Shown here one piece after another: positions 38,452-48,444 of a DNA stretch of 64,000 nucleotides. Under the pieces are notes generated by a model. It was not told the DNA's origin. It searched no databases and was given only the letters and a program-made list of their open reading frames with translations. Origin of the DNA: an uncultured Actinomycetes bacterium (GTDB lineage: Bacteria; Actinomycetota; UBA4738; JBBDTT01); NCBI GenBank assembly GCA_963742735.1, contig CAVUMN010000001.1:32001-96000 (forward strand), given 5' to 3'. How positions within the stretch are numbered: the first letter of the stretch is position 1; each line of letters begins with the position of its first letter. The position numbers and the translations under genes were made by a program.

Positions 38452-38895
38452 TCAGCCGCCCAGGGCCCAGGCCGGGAGGACCTGGCCGGCCTCGTCCGTT
38501 CGCCACACGAGGCGCACGGGCGCGCCGAAGTCGACGCCGTCATCGTCGTGCACGCGCTCCCCCGCGTCGTCGACGAGCTGCCCGACCATGCGCACCATCG
38601 GGGCGCCGTCGAGCGCGACCAGCACGAGCACGAAGGGCACCGCGTCCTGCCACACGGGGAGCACCGGCGGATGGATCACGGTCCACGAGGCGACCGTCCC
38701 GGCGCCGCTCAGCTCGGTCCACTCGGGGTCGGGCTCGTGACAGCGAGGACAGATCGGTCGCGGCTGCCAGATCCAGCCGCCGCACGACGCGCATCGCTGG
38801 ACCAGCAGACGGCGTTCGGCCACCCCGTCCCAGAACGTCTGGGTGTCCGGGTCGGGGACGGGCTTCGGCGGCAGCGCGAGGGGCTCGGCGTTCAT
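38452..38895 (-). CDS. DUF35 Zn-ribbon/OB-fold protein
   Basis: FWDG..LLVQRCASC..PRPICPRC, GTVASWT. Confidence 0.88.
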   Translation of the reverse strand: MNAEPLALPPKPVPDPDTQTFWDGVAERRLLVQRCASCGGWIWQPRPICPRCHEPDPEWTELSGAGTVASWTVIHPPVLPVWQDAVPFVLVLVALDGAPMVRMVGQLVDDAGERVHDDDGVDFGAPVRLVWRTDEAGQVLPAWALGG

Positions 38896-40035
38896 GACGG
38901 TTCCCTGGAGAACACGATGGCTCCGGTGGGCACCACGTTGCCGCTGGTGACCAGGACGTGGCCGGCGTCGGGGGCCTGCGACGTCGAGATCCCGCGCACC
39001 TGGCGCACGCCCTCGACCAGCAGGTTGAACCCGTGGGTGTAGGCCTCGGACAGACCGCCGCCGCTCGTGTTGTACGGGGGCGCCTCGCCGGACGCGAGGT
39101 AGGCCGCGCCCTCGCCCTCCGCGCAGAACTCGAACTCCTGGAAGGCGACGGGGAGCTGAGGGGTGAACGCGTCGTAGAACTGGGCGACGCCGATGTCCTC
39201 CGGCGCCAGGCCGGTGTTCGCCCACAGGTCGGGGGCGACGAACGCGTTGGGGGTCACGCCGAGCTCGGGGCCGTAGTAGTTCGTCATCGCGTAGACCTCG
39301 GGCCCGCTGCCCATGGCGTACCCGGTCACGTAGGCCGGCGTGACCTCCAGGTCCGCCGCCCGCTCGGCGCTGGTGAGGACCATGGCCAGGGCGCCGTCGG
39401 TCTCCAGGCAGTTGTCGAACAGGCACAGCGGCTCGGCGATCATCCGCGACGCCAGGTAGTCCTCCATGGTCAGCGGCCGGCCGTACATCATGGCCATGGG
39501 GTTCTTCAGGGCGTGCTCGCGGATGGCGATGGCCACCCGGCCGAGGTCCTCCCGCGTCCACCCCCATCGATGCATCCACAGGCGCGCGATCATCGCGAAG
39601 CCGTCGGCCGGCCGGACGATCCCGTGGGGCCGCTCGAACTGATCCTGTCCCTCGGCGAGCACCTGCGCGGCCCACGGCCGGCCGCCGGAGGAGCGGTTGC
39701 GCGAGCGGAACGCCACGACGACCTCGGCCAGCCCCAGCTCGATGGCCATGGCGGCGAGCTGAATCGGTGGGCGCCCCCGCCCCCCCGCCGTAGTCGATCT
39801 CGCCGAAGAACCGCAGGTTCTGGATGCCCAGGAGACGGGCCATCTCCATCTCGGTGGTGGGCTGCCACACATAGCGAGTCATCCCGTCGACCTCGGCCAC
39901 CGTGAGGCCGGCGTCCTCGAGGGCGCCGAGGATGGCCAGCGCCCCGGAGCGGCGTTCGGTCATGCCGAGGTCCTTCGAGTAGGGCAGGGCGTGGATGCCC
40001 ACCACCGCGGCCTGGCGACCGCGCTGCCGATTCAC
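38892..40035 (-). CDS. Thiolase-like (SCP-x/Ltp) protein, frameshift ~39765
   Basis: N-part AAVVGIHALPYSKD..IDYGGGAG. C-part CLETDGA, YDAFTP, NTSGGGLSEAYTHG. Confidence 0.83.
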
Positions 40036-40997
40036 AGGGCCGCCGCCACGGACTCGATCTGGCGTGTCGCGCCGCCGAAGTGGGTGCGCAGGACGGCGGC
40101 CCGCTTCAGGTACAGGTGGACCTTGCCCTCCCACGTGAACCCCATCCCGCCGTGCACCTGGATGCAGTCCTTGCCGTTGAGATAGGCCGCCTCGGCGCCC
40201 AGCAGGAGCGCGGACGCGACGGCGCGTTCGGCCTCGCCGGCATCCGGGTCGTCCAGGGCGCACCCGGCGGCGTAGGCGGCGGCGCGGGCGATCTCGGCCC
40301 GCACCAGCATGTCCGCGCACAGGTGCTTCACGGCCTGGAACGAGCCGATCGGCCGGTCGAACTGATGCCGCTCCTTCGCGTAGTCCACGGTGGCGTCGGT
40401 CGCGGCCGAGGCGAGCCCGACGCACAGGGCCGCGGTCAGGACTCCGCCCTCCAGCCGCCACCGTTCGGCGTCCGCTGCGGTGCCGAGCCGGTCCCCGTTC
40501 GGCAGCGCGGCGACCCGATGGAGGGGTGTGAGGGGATCGAGGGGGTCGGAGATGGGTTCCGCGCCGAGTCCGCTCGGGGGAACCGACCACACCCCATCAC
40601 CGTCGAGGACGACGAGCGTGTCGAGCGCCTCGAGGCTCTCGATGGCTGCCGGGCCGGTTGCCGGCCGCTCCACCAGGCCGACGATCGCGGTTCCGTCCGC
40701 GGCGCCGTCCACGAGCCCGGCCGCCAGGTGCGTTCCGACGAGCGGGCCGGGGACGTTCGCCCTGCCGAGCTCCTCGAACACCAGGACGGCCTGCGTGGGG
40801 CCGAGGCCGACCCCGCCGCGGTCCTCGGGAAGACGCAGGCCGAAGACGCCGGCGGTCCCCAGCGCACCCCAGTTGTCACGGTCCACGCCGCCCGGCGCGG
40901 TCGCCGCGCGCGGGTGGTCCGGGGCCGACTCGCTCCGGCAGAGCTCGCGGATCCCGGCCTGCAGCGCGCGATCGTCGTCGTCGAGGTCGAAGTTCAT
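40032..40997 (-). CDS. Acyl-CoA dehydrogenase (short, beta-type)
   Basis: QFDRPIGSFQAVKHLCADM, VHGGMGFTWE. Confidence 0.88.
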   Translation of the reverse strand: MNFDLDDDDRALQAGIRELCRSESAPDHPRAATAPGGVDRDNWGALGTAGVFGLRLPEDRGGVGLGPTQAVLVFEELGRANVPGPLVGTHLAAGLVDGAADGTAIVGLVERPATGPAAIESLEALDTLVVLDGDGVWSVPPSGLGAEPISDPLDPLTPLHRVAALPNGDRLGTAADAERWRLEGGVLTAALCVGLASAATDATVDYAKERHQFDRPIGSFQAVKHLCADMLVRAEIARAAAYAAGCALDDPDAGEAERAVASALLLGAEAAYLNGKDCIQVHGGMGFTWEGKVHLYLKRAAVLRTHFGGATRQIESVAAAL

Positions 40998-42166
40998 CTC
41001 GCGGCGGGCTCCTTGGGGAGGCCGAGGATGCGCTCGCCGATGATGTTCTTCTGGATCTGCGTGGTCCCGGCAGCGATCGTCATGGAGATCGCGTAGATCC
41101 ACCCCCGGACGTGGTCGCGGCCGGCGTCGTCCAGGGAGAGCCCCTCGCGCCCGAGGATCGAGAGTCCGAGGTCCCCCAGGCGGTGCCGCGTCTGGGTGTA
41201 GTGCAGCTTGAACACCGAGCCCCCGAGGCCCGGGACGCCCGAGCCCCGCTCGGCCTGGGTCACGTTGCGCAGGGTGAGCGCCCACAGCGCGTCCAGGTCG
41301 GCGCCGAGGTGTCCGAGCTCGCGACGGACGCCGCCGTCGTCCCACGCGCCGGTCTCCTTCGCCAGGCGGGCGAGCGAGGCGTGGAGCTCGCGGGTCCGCA
41401 GCAGGTCGCCGACGAACGCCGTCCCCCGCTCGAACGAGAACGTGACCATCGCCACCCGCCAGCCGTCGTTCTCCTCGCCGACGCGGTTCTCGACGGGGAC
41501 CCGGACGTCGGTCAGGAACACCTCGCTGAACTCCGAGGACCCGGCGATCGTCCTGAGGGGACGCACCTCGATGCCCGGGGTGTCCATCGGCAGGATCAGC
41601 CAGGTGATCCCCTTGTGCTTCGGGGCGGCGGGGTCGGTACGCACCAGCAGCTCACAGAAGTCGGCCACCTGTCCGAACGACGTCCAGATCTTCTGGCCAT
41701 TGACGACGTAGTCGTCGCCGTCGCGGACCGCCCTGGTGCTGAGCGACGCCAGGTCCGAGCCCGCGCCGGGCTCGGAGAACCCCTGGCACCACGCCTCGTC
41801 GCCCCGCAGGATCGGGGGGAGGTACCGGGCCCGCTGCTCGGGGGTTGCCTCGGCGGCGATCGTCGGCCCCGCGTGCAGCAGGCCGACGAAGTTCACGCCG
41901 ACGTAGGGCGCCCCGGCCCGCTCGGCCTCCTCCAGGAAGATGAGGTGCTCCCCCGGCGTGGCCCCGCGCCCGCCGGCCTCCTCGGGCCAGTCGAGCCCCG
42001 CGTACCCCGCCTCGAACAGCCGCCGCTGCCACCCGGTGTCGAACTCTCGACGTCCGGCCCAGTCCTCCGCTTCGGGCCGCGGCGGAAGCGCGGCAACCGC
42101 CGGCTCCAGCCACGCCCGCGCCTCGGCGCGGAACGCCTGCTCGTGGGGAGAGGTCCGGAGGTCCAC
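40994..42166 (-). CDS. Acyl-CoA dehydrogenase (alpha-type)
   Basis: WCQGFSEPGAGSDLA, NGQKIWTS, AAGTTQIQKNII. Confidence 0.9.
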   Translation of the reverse strand: MDLRTSPHEQAFRAEARAWLEPAVAALPPRPEAEDWAGRREFDTGWQRRLFEAGYAGLDWPEEAGGRGATPGEHLIFLEEAERAGAPYVGVNFVGLLHAGPTIAAEATPEQRARYLPPILRGDEAWCQGFSEPGAGSDLASLSTRAVRDGDDYVVNGQKIWTSFGQVADFCELLVRTDPAAPKHKGITWLILPMDTPGIEVRPLRTIAGSSEFSEVFLTDVRVPVENRVGEENDGWRVAMVTFSFERGTAFVGDLLRTRELHASLARLAKETGAWDDGGVRRELGHLGADLDALWALTLRNVTQAERGSGVPGLGGSVFKLHYTQTRHRLGDLGLSILGREGLSLDDAGRDHVRGWIYAISMTIAAGTTQIQKNIIGERILGLPKEPAAR

Positions 42167-42169
42167 GGG

Positions 42170-42955
42170 TCAGCGAAGCTGGTCCGTGTAGGTGTCGGTT
42201 CCGGGCAGGGTCGGGATGAAGGGCGAGGCCCAGAGCACGCGGCCCCGGCCGGTCGCCTCCACCGCGTCGCCGAGGACGGCGAACGCGTCCCAGCCCTCCT
42301 TCGGGTCGGCCTCCAGGAACGAGAGCAGCAGGAAGCGCCGCGCGTCGTCCGGGAGCCGCGGCACGTCGGCGGGCGCCCCGTCCGGGATCGGGACCGGGGT
42401 GAACGCGAGGGTCATCGCCGCCGAGCCGGTCGTCGCGGCGGGGACGATGCCCGTCTGCAGCTCCTCGAGCAGCGCGTCGCGGCCGGCCTCGTCGTTCGAC
42501 TCCCCGATCACCGCGGCCACGCCCGCGTAGGGGTGGTCCAGGGCGAGCTCGGGCGGGACGCCGTCGTCGTCGCGGAAGGTGCCCCACCGATAGCGGTACA
42601 TCTTCGTGTGGATGTGGTCGCGCTCCGCGAACATGCGGTCCGCCTTGTGGAGGGCGTGGACCTGCTTCGCGGCCCACGTGCCCCACTCGTCCTGAAGGCC
42701 GCGCTCGATCCAGTACAGGGCCAGGTAGGAGCCGGTGAGCTTGTCCGGCGTCACCGGGGAGTCCTCCGGGAACCGCAGATCCTTGTACGGGCGGGTGGCC
42801 ACGAAGCGGCGGCCGGCCAGGATGCCCGGGCCGATCAGGCACCCCGAGTAGAAGTGGTCGCGCTCGTACCACCGGTTGTAGGCGACCTCGTGGCCGGCGT
42901 GGGGCTCGACCACGGTGAACAGGATCGAGCCGAGCCGGATCGGAGCGTGGTTCAC
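42170..42955 (-). CDS. Hypothetical protein (EthD/dimeric alpha-beta barrel-like)
   Basis: Coupled within the operon, GC-rich codon usage, YNRWYERDH motif. Fold is an inference. Confidence 0.65.
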   Translation of the reverse strand: MNHAPIRLGSILFTVVEPHAGHEVAYNRWYERDHFYSGCLIGPGILAGRRFVATRPYKDLRFPEDSPVTPDKLTGSYLALYWIERGLQDEWGTWAAKQVHALHKADRMFAERDHIHTKMYRYRWGTFRDDDGVPPELALDHPYAGVAAVIGESNDEAGRDALLEELQTGIVPAATTGSAAMTLAFTPVPIPDGAPADVPRLPDDARRFLLLSFLEADPKEGWDAFAVLGDAVEATGRGRVLWASPFIPTLPGTDTYTDQLR

Positions 42956-42971
42956 GACGGGGTCCGCATCG

Positions 42972-43208
42972 TCAGTCGATCATGGTGAAGGACGGCCGCG
43001 ACGTGGACTCCTCCTCCCACAGCAGCACCGAGCGCACCGCCTTGCCGTTGATGAGCAGGTCCGCGGTGCCTCCCCGGTCCAGCTGGACCTCGATGCCCAC
43101 CGCGGTGCCCTCGTTCATGGCCCCGGACACCACCGCGCGCAGCGCGTCGAGATCGGCGTCCGGCGGGAGCGGCCACCGCTCCTCACCCAGCCGCAGGTAC
43201 TTGGCCAT
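42972..43208 (-). CDS. Small hypothetical protein (78 aa)
   Basis: Strong GAGAGGAG RBS. Fills the gap between fadD3-like and the next gene. Confidence 0.65.
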   Translation of the reverse strand: MAKYLRLGEERWPLPPDADLDALRAVVSGAMNEGTAVGIEVQLDRGGTADLLINGKAVRSVLLWEEESTSRPSFTMID

Positions 43209-43220
43209 GTGTCTCTCCTC

Positions 43221-44806
43221 TCACCCCAGGGACGCGGCACGTTCGCGTAGCTCGTACTTCAGCACCTTTCCGCTCGCGTTGAGTGGCAGGGCCTCCACGA
43301 CCTCGATCCGCCGGGGCACCTTGTAGTTGGCGATCCGCTCGCTCAGCCACGCCAGCACGCCCGGGGGATCGATGGTCTTGCCGGCGCGCAGGACGACGAA
43401 GGCGACCCCAACCTCGCCCAGCCGCTCGTCCGGCATCCCCACCACCGCGGCCTGGGCGATGGACGGATGGGTCAGCAGCTCGTTCTCGATCTCCGCCGGG
43501 TACGCGTTGAAGCCGCCGACGATGAACATGTCCTTCACGCGGTCGGTGATCCGGAGGTAGCCGTCCTCGTCCATGACCCCGACGTCGCCGGTGTGCAGCC
43601 ATCCGTCGCACGATGGTCTCGGCGGTCGCCTCCGGGTCCTCGAAGTAGCCCTTCATAACGTTGTAGCCGCGGATCACGATCTCGCCCGGCTGTCCGCGCT
43701 CGGCCTCCTCGCCCTCGGCGTCCACCACCCGCACCTCGGTGTCAGGGATGGCGCGGCCGGACGTGTTGGCGATGGTCTCCGGGTCGTCGCCCGGCCGGCA
43801 CATCGTCGCGGTGCCCGTCGACTCGGTCAGGCCGTACGCGGTGAGGATCGTCTCGAACGTCAGCTCGTCGCGCATCCGGTGGATGAGCTCCACGGGGACC
43901 ACCGCCGCACCGGTGACCGCGAGCCGGAGCGAGGACAGGTTGCGTCCGGCTCGCGACGGCTCCTCGAGGATCGACTGGTACAGCGTCGGCGGCCCGGGCA
44001 GGACGCTCACCCGCTCCTCGTCGATCCGCTCGAGCACCGAGCCGGCGTCGAACACCGCATGGGGGAGCGGTCGTGGCCCCCCGCATGATCGCGGACAGGA
44101 AGCCGGCCTTGTAGCCGAACGTGTGGAAGAACGGGTTGACGACCAGGTACCGGTCGCCCTCGTCGCAGACCGACCACCCGCGACCACACCTCGAAGACCC
44201 GCAGCGTCTGGCCGTGGGTGCACATCACGCCCTTGGGCCGTCCCGTCGTTCCCGACGTGAAGATGATGTCGGAGAGGTCCTCCGCCTTGACGGCGCCGGC
44301 GCGCTGCTCGGCGGCTGATCCCGTGCGCCCTCGAGGCCGTCGCCCAGGAACGCCTCCCAGCCGAGCGCCGCCCTCCCCCTTCAGCAGGACGACCGTCTCC
44401 AGGGCCGGCAGGTCGGCCGCGTCGCCGAGCATCGCCGGGAAGTCGAGGTCCAGGAATCCGCGGACGGTGAACAGCATCCGGGCGCGGCTTCGTCCCAGCA
44501 CGTACGCCGCCTCGCGCCCCTTGAACCGGGTGTTGATCGGCACCAGGACGCCGCCGGCGCCCACCGCGCCGAGCGCGGCGGCGATCCACTCGACGCAGTT
44601 CGGCGCCCAGATCGCCACCCGGTCCCCCGGCTCGATCCCGGCGGCGACCACCGCGGCCGCGCCCGGTCCACGAGCCCCCCGAGGCCGGCGAAGGACATCC
44701 GGACGTCGCCGTCGACGACGGCCTCCTCGTCGGCGAAGCGCTCGACCGAGGATCGGACCAGCCCGGGGATCGAGCCCCACTCCAGGTCGCCCCGCGGCTC
44801 GGTCAC
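43221..44806 (-). pseudogene. fadD3: FadD3-family acyl-CoA ligase with multiple frameshifts (likely sequence errors)
   Basis: [67 protein letters not shown] are spread over three frames. Confidence 0.75.
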
Positions 44807-44810
44807 GCGA

Positions 44811-45657
44811 TCACCCGCGGAACGGCTCGACGATCTCGGCGAACCGGTCGAGGGTCGGGAGCACCTCGGCCTCCGTCCCGTGGTCGACGCCGAGGACGAC
44901 GTCCTCGATCCCCAGGCTCGCGAAGTACTCGAGCTTCCCGGGCTCGGGGATCGACCCGATCGGCATGATCTCGAGCGAGTCCGGGTCGCGGCCGTTCTCC
45001 TCGAAGCGTTGCCGGAGCTCGGGCATCGCCTTGGCCATTCCGCGACCGCCGATCGGCATCCACCCGTTCGCGTACTCGGCCACCGCGGCGAAGAGCTTGG
45101 GTCCGCCGGACCCGCCCATGAACACCGGCGGCCACGGCTTCTGGACCGGCTTCGGCCAGGCGTTGGAGGGCTCGAACCGGACGTGCTCGCCCTGGAAGCT
45201 CGCCGCCTCGTCCTCCCACAGGCGCTGCATGGCCAGGACGCGCTCGCGAGTGACCGCCCGGCGTTCGGCGTACGCCACGCCGTGATGCTCGAGCTCGTCC
45301 CGGTTCCAGCCGAAGCCCACGCCGAAGATGAAGCGCCCGCCCGAGAGCAGGTCGAGGGTGGCGATCTCCTTGGCCGTCACGATGGGGTCGCGCTGCGCGA
45401 CCAGGCAGACCGCGGTGCCCACCCGGAGTCGCTCCGTCACCGCGGCCGCGGCCGTGAGGGCCACGAACGGGTCCAGACACCGGTAGTACTGCTCGGGCAG
45501 CGGCTCGCCCATGGGGGGCGGGGTCTTCCGGCTGAGGGGGATGTGGGTGTGCTCGGGGATGAACAGCAGCTCGAAGCCTCGAGCCTCCGCCTCGCGCGCC
45601 GACCACGTCGGGCCGGATCGAGCGGTCCGTCAGGAAGATCTGCACGCCGAATCGCAT
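44811..45657 (-). CDS. LLM-class, probably F420-dependent oxidoreductase (Rv2161c-like), frameshift ~45600
   Basis: MRFGVQIFLTD, PEHTHIP, DPFVAL, GVGFGWN, PKPVQKP. Confidence 0.83.
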
Positions 45658-45659
45658 GG

Positions 45660-46862
45660 TCAGGTGCTCCTCGCGGCCAGGGCCTCCCGGAACGGGAGGG
45701 TACGGTCGGGTTGCTCGTCGCGCGGCAGGCCGAGGACCCGCTCGCCGATGAGGTTGCGCTGGATCTGATCGGTTCCCCCGCCCAGGTGGAACGCCAGGCT
45801 CCCCAGGAACGTGTGCTGCAGCCCGGCCTCGTCGTCGACGGTCCCCTCGGGGCCCAGGAGATGCACCGCCAGCTCGGCCGAGTCCGACACCAGCCCGGCG
45901 AGGACGAGCTTCATGACCGAGCCTTCCGCGTCGGGGATCTGGCCCTTTCCCAGCTTCGAGACGACCCGGGCGTTCAGGAGCTCCAGGATGCGCCCGCTCG
46001 TGTAGACGCGGGCGAGGGCGTCGCGGTCGACGCGACGGAGCCCCGCCGGGGCGGTTCGCGCCGTCGCCGTCAGCCGCTCGAAGGGGATCGCGAAGCCGGC
46101 GGTGGCGGCGCCGAGCGAGACGCGCTCGTTCATGAGCGTGGTCACCGCGACCTTCCACCCGTCGCCGGGCTCCCCGAGCCGGTTCGCGTCGGGCACCCGG
46201 ACCCCGTTCAGGAACACCTCGTTGAAGTGCGACCCGCCGTCCATCTGGCGGAGCGGGCGGACTTCGATGCCCTCTGCGTGCATATTCACGATCAGATAGA
46301 CGAGCCCCTTGTGCTTCGGCAGGTCGAAGTCGTGGCGGGCGATGAGGATCCCCCAGTCGGCCTCGTGCGCCGCCGAGGACCACACCTTCTGGCCGGTCAC
46401 CACCCAGTCGTCGCCGTCGAGCTCGGCGCGGGTGGTCAGGTTGGCCAGGTCCGATCCCGCGCCCGGCTCGGAGAACAGCTGGCACCACAGCTCCTCGCCG
46501 GCCAGGAGCGGCGGAAGGAACCGGGCCTGCTGCTCCTCGCTTCCGTGGGCCACGATCGTCGGGCCGGCCATGCCGAACCCGGGGATGTCGAACGGGACGT
46601 TCGCGCCGACCCGCGCCTTCTCCTCGGCCCAGATCGTCCCCTCCACGAACCCCAGGCCCCGCCCGCCGAACTGGGGGGGCCACGACGGCGCGGCCCACCC
46701 GTCCGCGTGCAGGACACGGTGCCAGGACCGGGCGACCTCGGTCGGGTACGGCGGCTCGCCCGCGACGCCCTCCGCCGCCTTCCACGCCGGGAAGCGCTCC
46801 TCGAGCCACGCACGGGCCTCGGCGCGGAACTCGGCCTGGGCGGGGGAGTCCTTGAAGTCCAT
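45660..46862 (-). CDS. Acyl-CoA dehydrogenase (alpha-type)
   Basis: WCQLFSEPGAGSDLA, LMNER, GGTDQIQRN. Confidence 0.9.
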   Translation of the reverse strand: MDFKDSPAQAEFRAEARAWLEERFPAWKAAEGVAGEPPYPTEVARSWHRVLHADGWAAPSWPPQFGGRGLGFVEGTIWAEEKARVGANVPFDIPGFGMAGPTIVAHGSEEQQARFLPPLLAGEELWCQLFSEPGAGSDLANLTTRAELDGDDWVVTGQKVWSSAAHEADWGILIARHDFDLPKHKGLVYLIVNMHAEGIEVRPLRQMDGGSHFNEVFLNGVRVPDANRLGEPGDGWKVAVTTLMNERVSLGAATAGFAIPFERLTATARTAPAGLRRVDRDALARVYTSGRILELLNARVVSKLGKGQIPDAEGSVMKLVLAGLVSDSAELAVHLLGPEGTVDDEAGLQHTFLGSLAFHLGGGTDQIQRNLIGERVLGLPRDEQPDRTLPFREALAARST

Positions 46863-48022
46863 CAGCCCCGCCCCAGGATCAGCCCGCTGGTGGGGACGCC
46901 GACGCCGGCGGTGACCAGGACGTGCTCGGCGCCGTCGATCTGGTTCGTGGCGGTCCCCCGGACCTGCCGGACGCCCTCGGCGACGCCGTTCATCCCGTGG
47001 ATGTACGCCTCGCCCAGCTGTCCCCCGTTCGGGTTGAGCGGCAGTCCGCCGCCCGGGCCGATCCCCGTCTCGCGGACGAAGTCCGCGGCCTCGCCGGGCC
47101 CGCAGAACCCGAACTCCTCGAGCTGGATGAGCACGAAGGGAGTGAACGGGTCGTAGATGATCGCGGTCTGCACGTCCGCGGGCTTCAGGCCGGATTGTTC
47201 CCAGAGCTGGCGGGCCACGACCGCCGCCTCGGGAAGGCCGGTGATCGAGGGCCGGGAGTAGCTGGTCATCTCCTCCTGGTCCGCGCCGGAGCCCTGGGCG
47301 ACGGCCTCGATCACCGCCGGGGGCTGGGTCAAGTCGCGGGCCCGCTCAAGGCTGGTGACCACCACCGCGACGGCGCCGTCGGACTCCTGGCAGCAGTCGA
47401 GCAGTCGGAGCGGCTCGACGATCCATCGCGAGGACTGGTGATCCTCGAGGGTGATCGGGCGCTCGTGGAAGAACGCCGCCGGGTTCGTCGCCGCGAACGC
47501 CCGGCACGCGACGGCCACGTTGCCGAGGTCCTCGGTGGTGGCGCCGTGCTCGTGCAGGTACCGCTGGGCGAACATGGCCACCCACCCGGCGGGCGTCGAA
47601 AGCCCGAACGGCAGGTACCAGCCGTAGTGGATCGTGGACGAGGTCGGCTTGCCGGCGATGCTCGTCCCGAACCGGCGCCACGAGCGGCCGTTCAGGGCGC
47701 GGTAGCAGACGACGGTGGTGGCCGCGCCGGTGGCCACGGCCATGGCGGCCTGGTGGACCACGCCGCACGCCGCGCCCCCGCCGTACCCGATCCGGGAGAA
47801 GAACGTGAGGTCGCCCATGCCCAGGGCGCGGGCGATCTCGATCTCCTCGTTGGCGTCCATGGTGAACGTGACCATTCCGTCGACGTCCGAGGGCAGGATG
47901 CCCGCGTCGGCCAGGGCGGCGCCGACGGCCTCGACGGCCAGCCGGAGCTCGGTCCGCCCCGAGTCCTTCGAGAACTCGGTGGAGCCGATCCCCGCGATCG
48001 CGGTCGCTCCCGAAACGCTCAC
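46862..48022 (-). CDS. ltp2: Ltp2-like steroid side-chain aldolase
   Basis: GIGSTEFSKDSGRTEL, GYGGGAAC, DCCQESDG, GGQLGEAYIHGMNG. Follows chsH1. Confidence 0.85.
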   Translation of the reverse strand: MSVSGATAIAGIGSTEFSKDSGRTELRLAVEAVGAALADAGILPSDVDGMVTFTMDANEEIEIARALGMGDLTFFSRIGYGGGAACGVVHQAAMAVATGAATTVVCYRALNGRSWRRFGTSIAGKPTSSTIHYGWYLPFGLSTPAGWVAMFAQRYLHEHGATTEDLGNVAVACRAFAATNPAAFFHERPITLEDHQSSRWIVEPLRLLDCCQESDGAVAVVVTSLERARDLTQPPAVIEAVAQGSGADQEEMTSYSRPSITGLPEAAVVARQLWEQSGLKPADVQTAIIYDPFTPFVLIQLEEFGFCGPGEAADFVRETGIGPGGGLPLNPNGGQLGEAYIHGMNGVAEGVRQVRGTATNQIDGAEHVLVTAGVGVPTSGLILGRG

Positions 48023-48444
48023 GCCGGCAGCTCCACGTCCACCGTCCCGGTCACGTGATCGCCGAGGGCATTGGCACCGCGGATCTCCACGGTCACGCGG
48101 CCGCTCGCCGGGTCGGCCTCCGCGACGCGGCCGGTGAACCGCATGGTGTCTCCCGGGTAGCTCGGCACACCCAAGCGGATCGCCACCCGCCGCACGATCG
48201 CCTCCGGCCCGGCCCAGTCGGTCACGTACCGTCCGACCAGACCGTTCGTCGTCAGGATGTTCATGAACACGTCCCGGGCGCCGTGGCCCCGCGCGGCGTC
48301 GCGGTCGTGGTGCACGTCCTGGAAGTCCCGGCTGACGATCGCCCCCCCGATGACCAGCGCCGGGGTCACGTCCACGTCGACCGGCGGGAGGTCCTCGCCG
48401 GCGGCGACCGCCGTACGTGACCGGGTGGATGGAAGGCCCGTCAT
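48019..48444 (-). CDS. chsH1: MaoC hydratase subunit ChsH1-like
   Basis: SRDFQDVHHD, FMNILTT, RYVTDWAGP, LGDHVTG. Confidence 0.85.
   Translation of the reverse strand: MTGLPSTRSRTAVAAGEDLPPVDVDVTPALVIGGAIVSRDFQDVHHDRDAARGHGARDVFMNILTTNGLVGRYVTDWAGPEAIVRRVAIRLGVPSYPGDTMRFTGRVAEADPASGRVTVEIRGANALGDHVTGTVDVELPA

Noticed and set aside
2225-45657. Programmed frameshifting as the cause of the split genes
   Set aside because: There is no shared slippery motif, and the breaks are scattered across unrelated enzymes, which fits indel errors.
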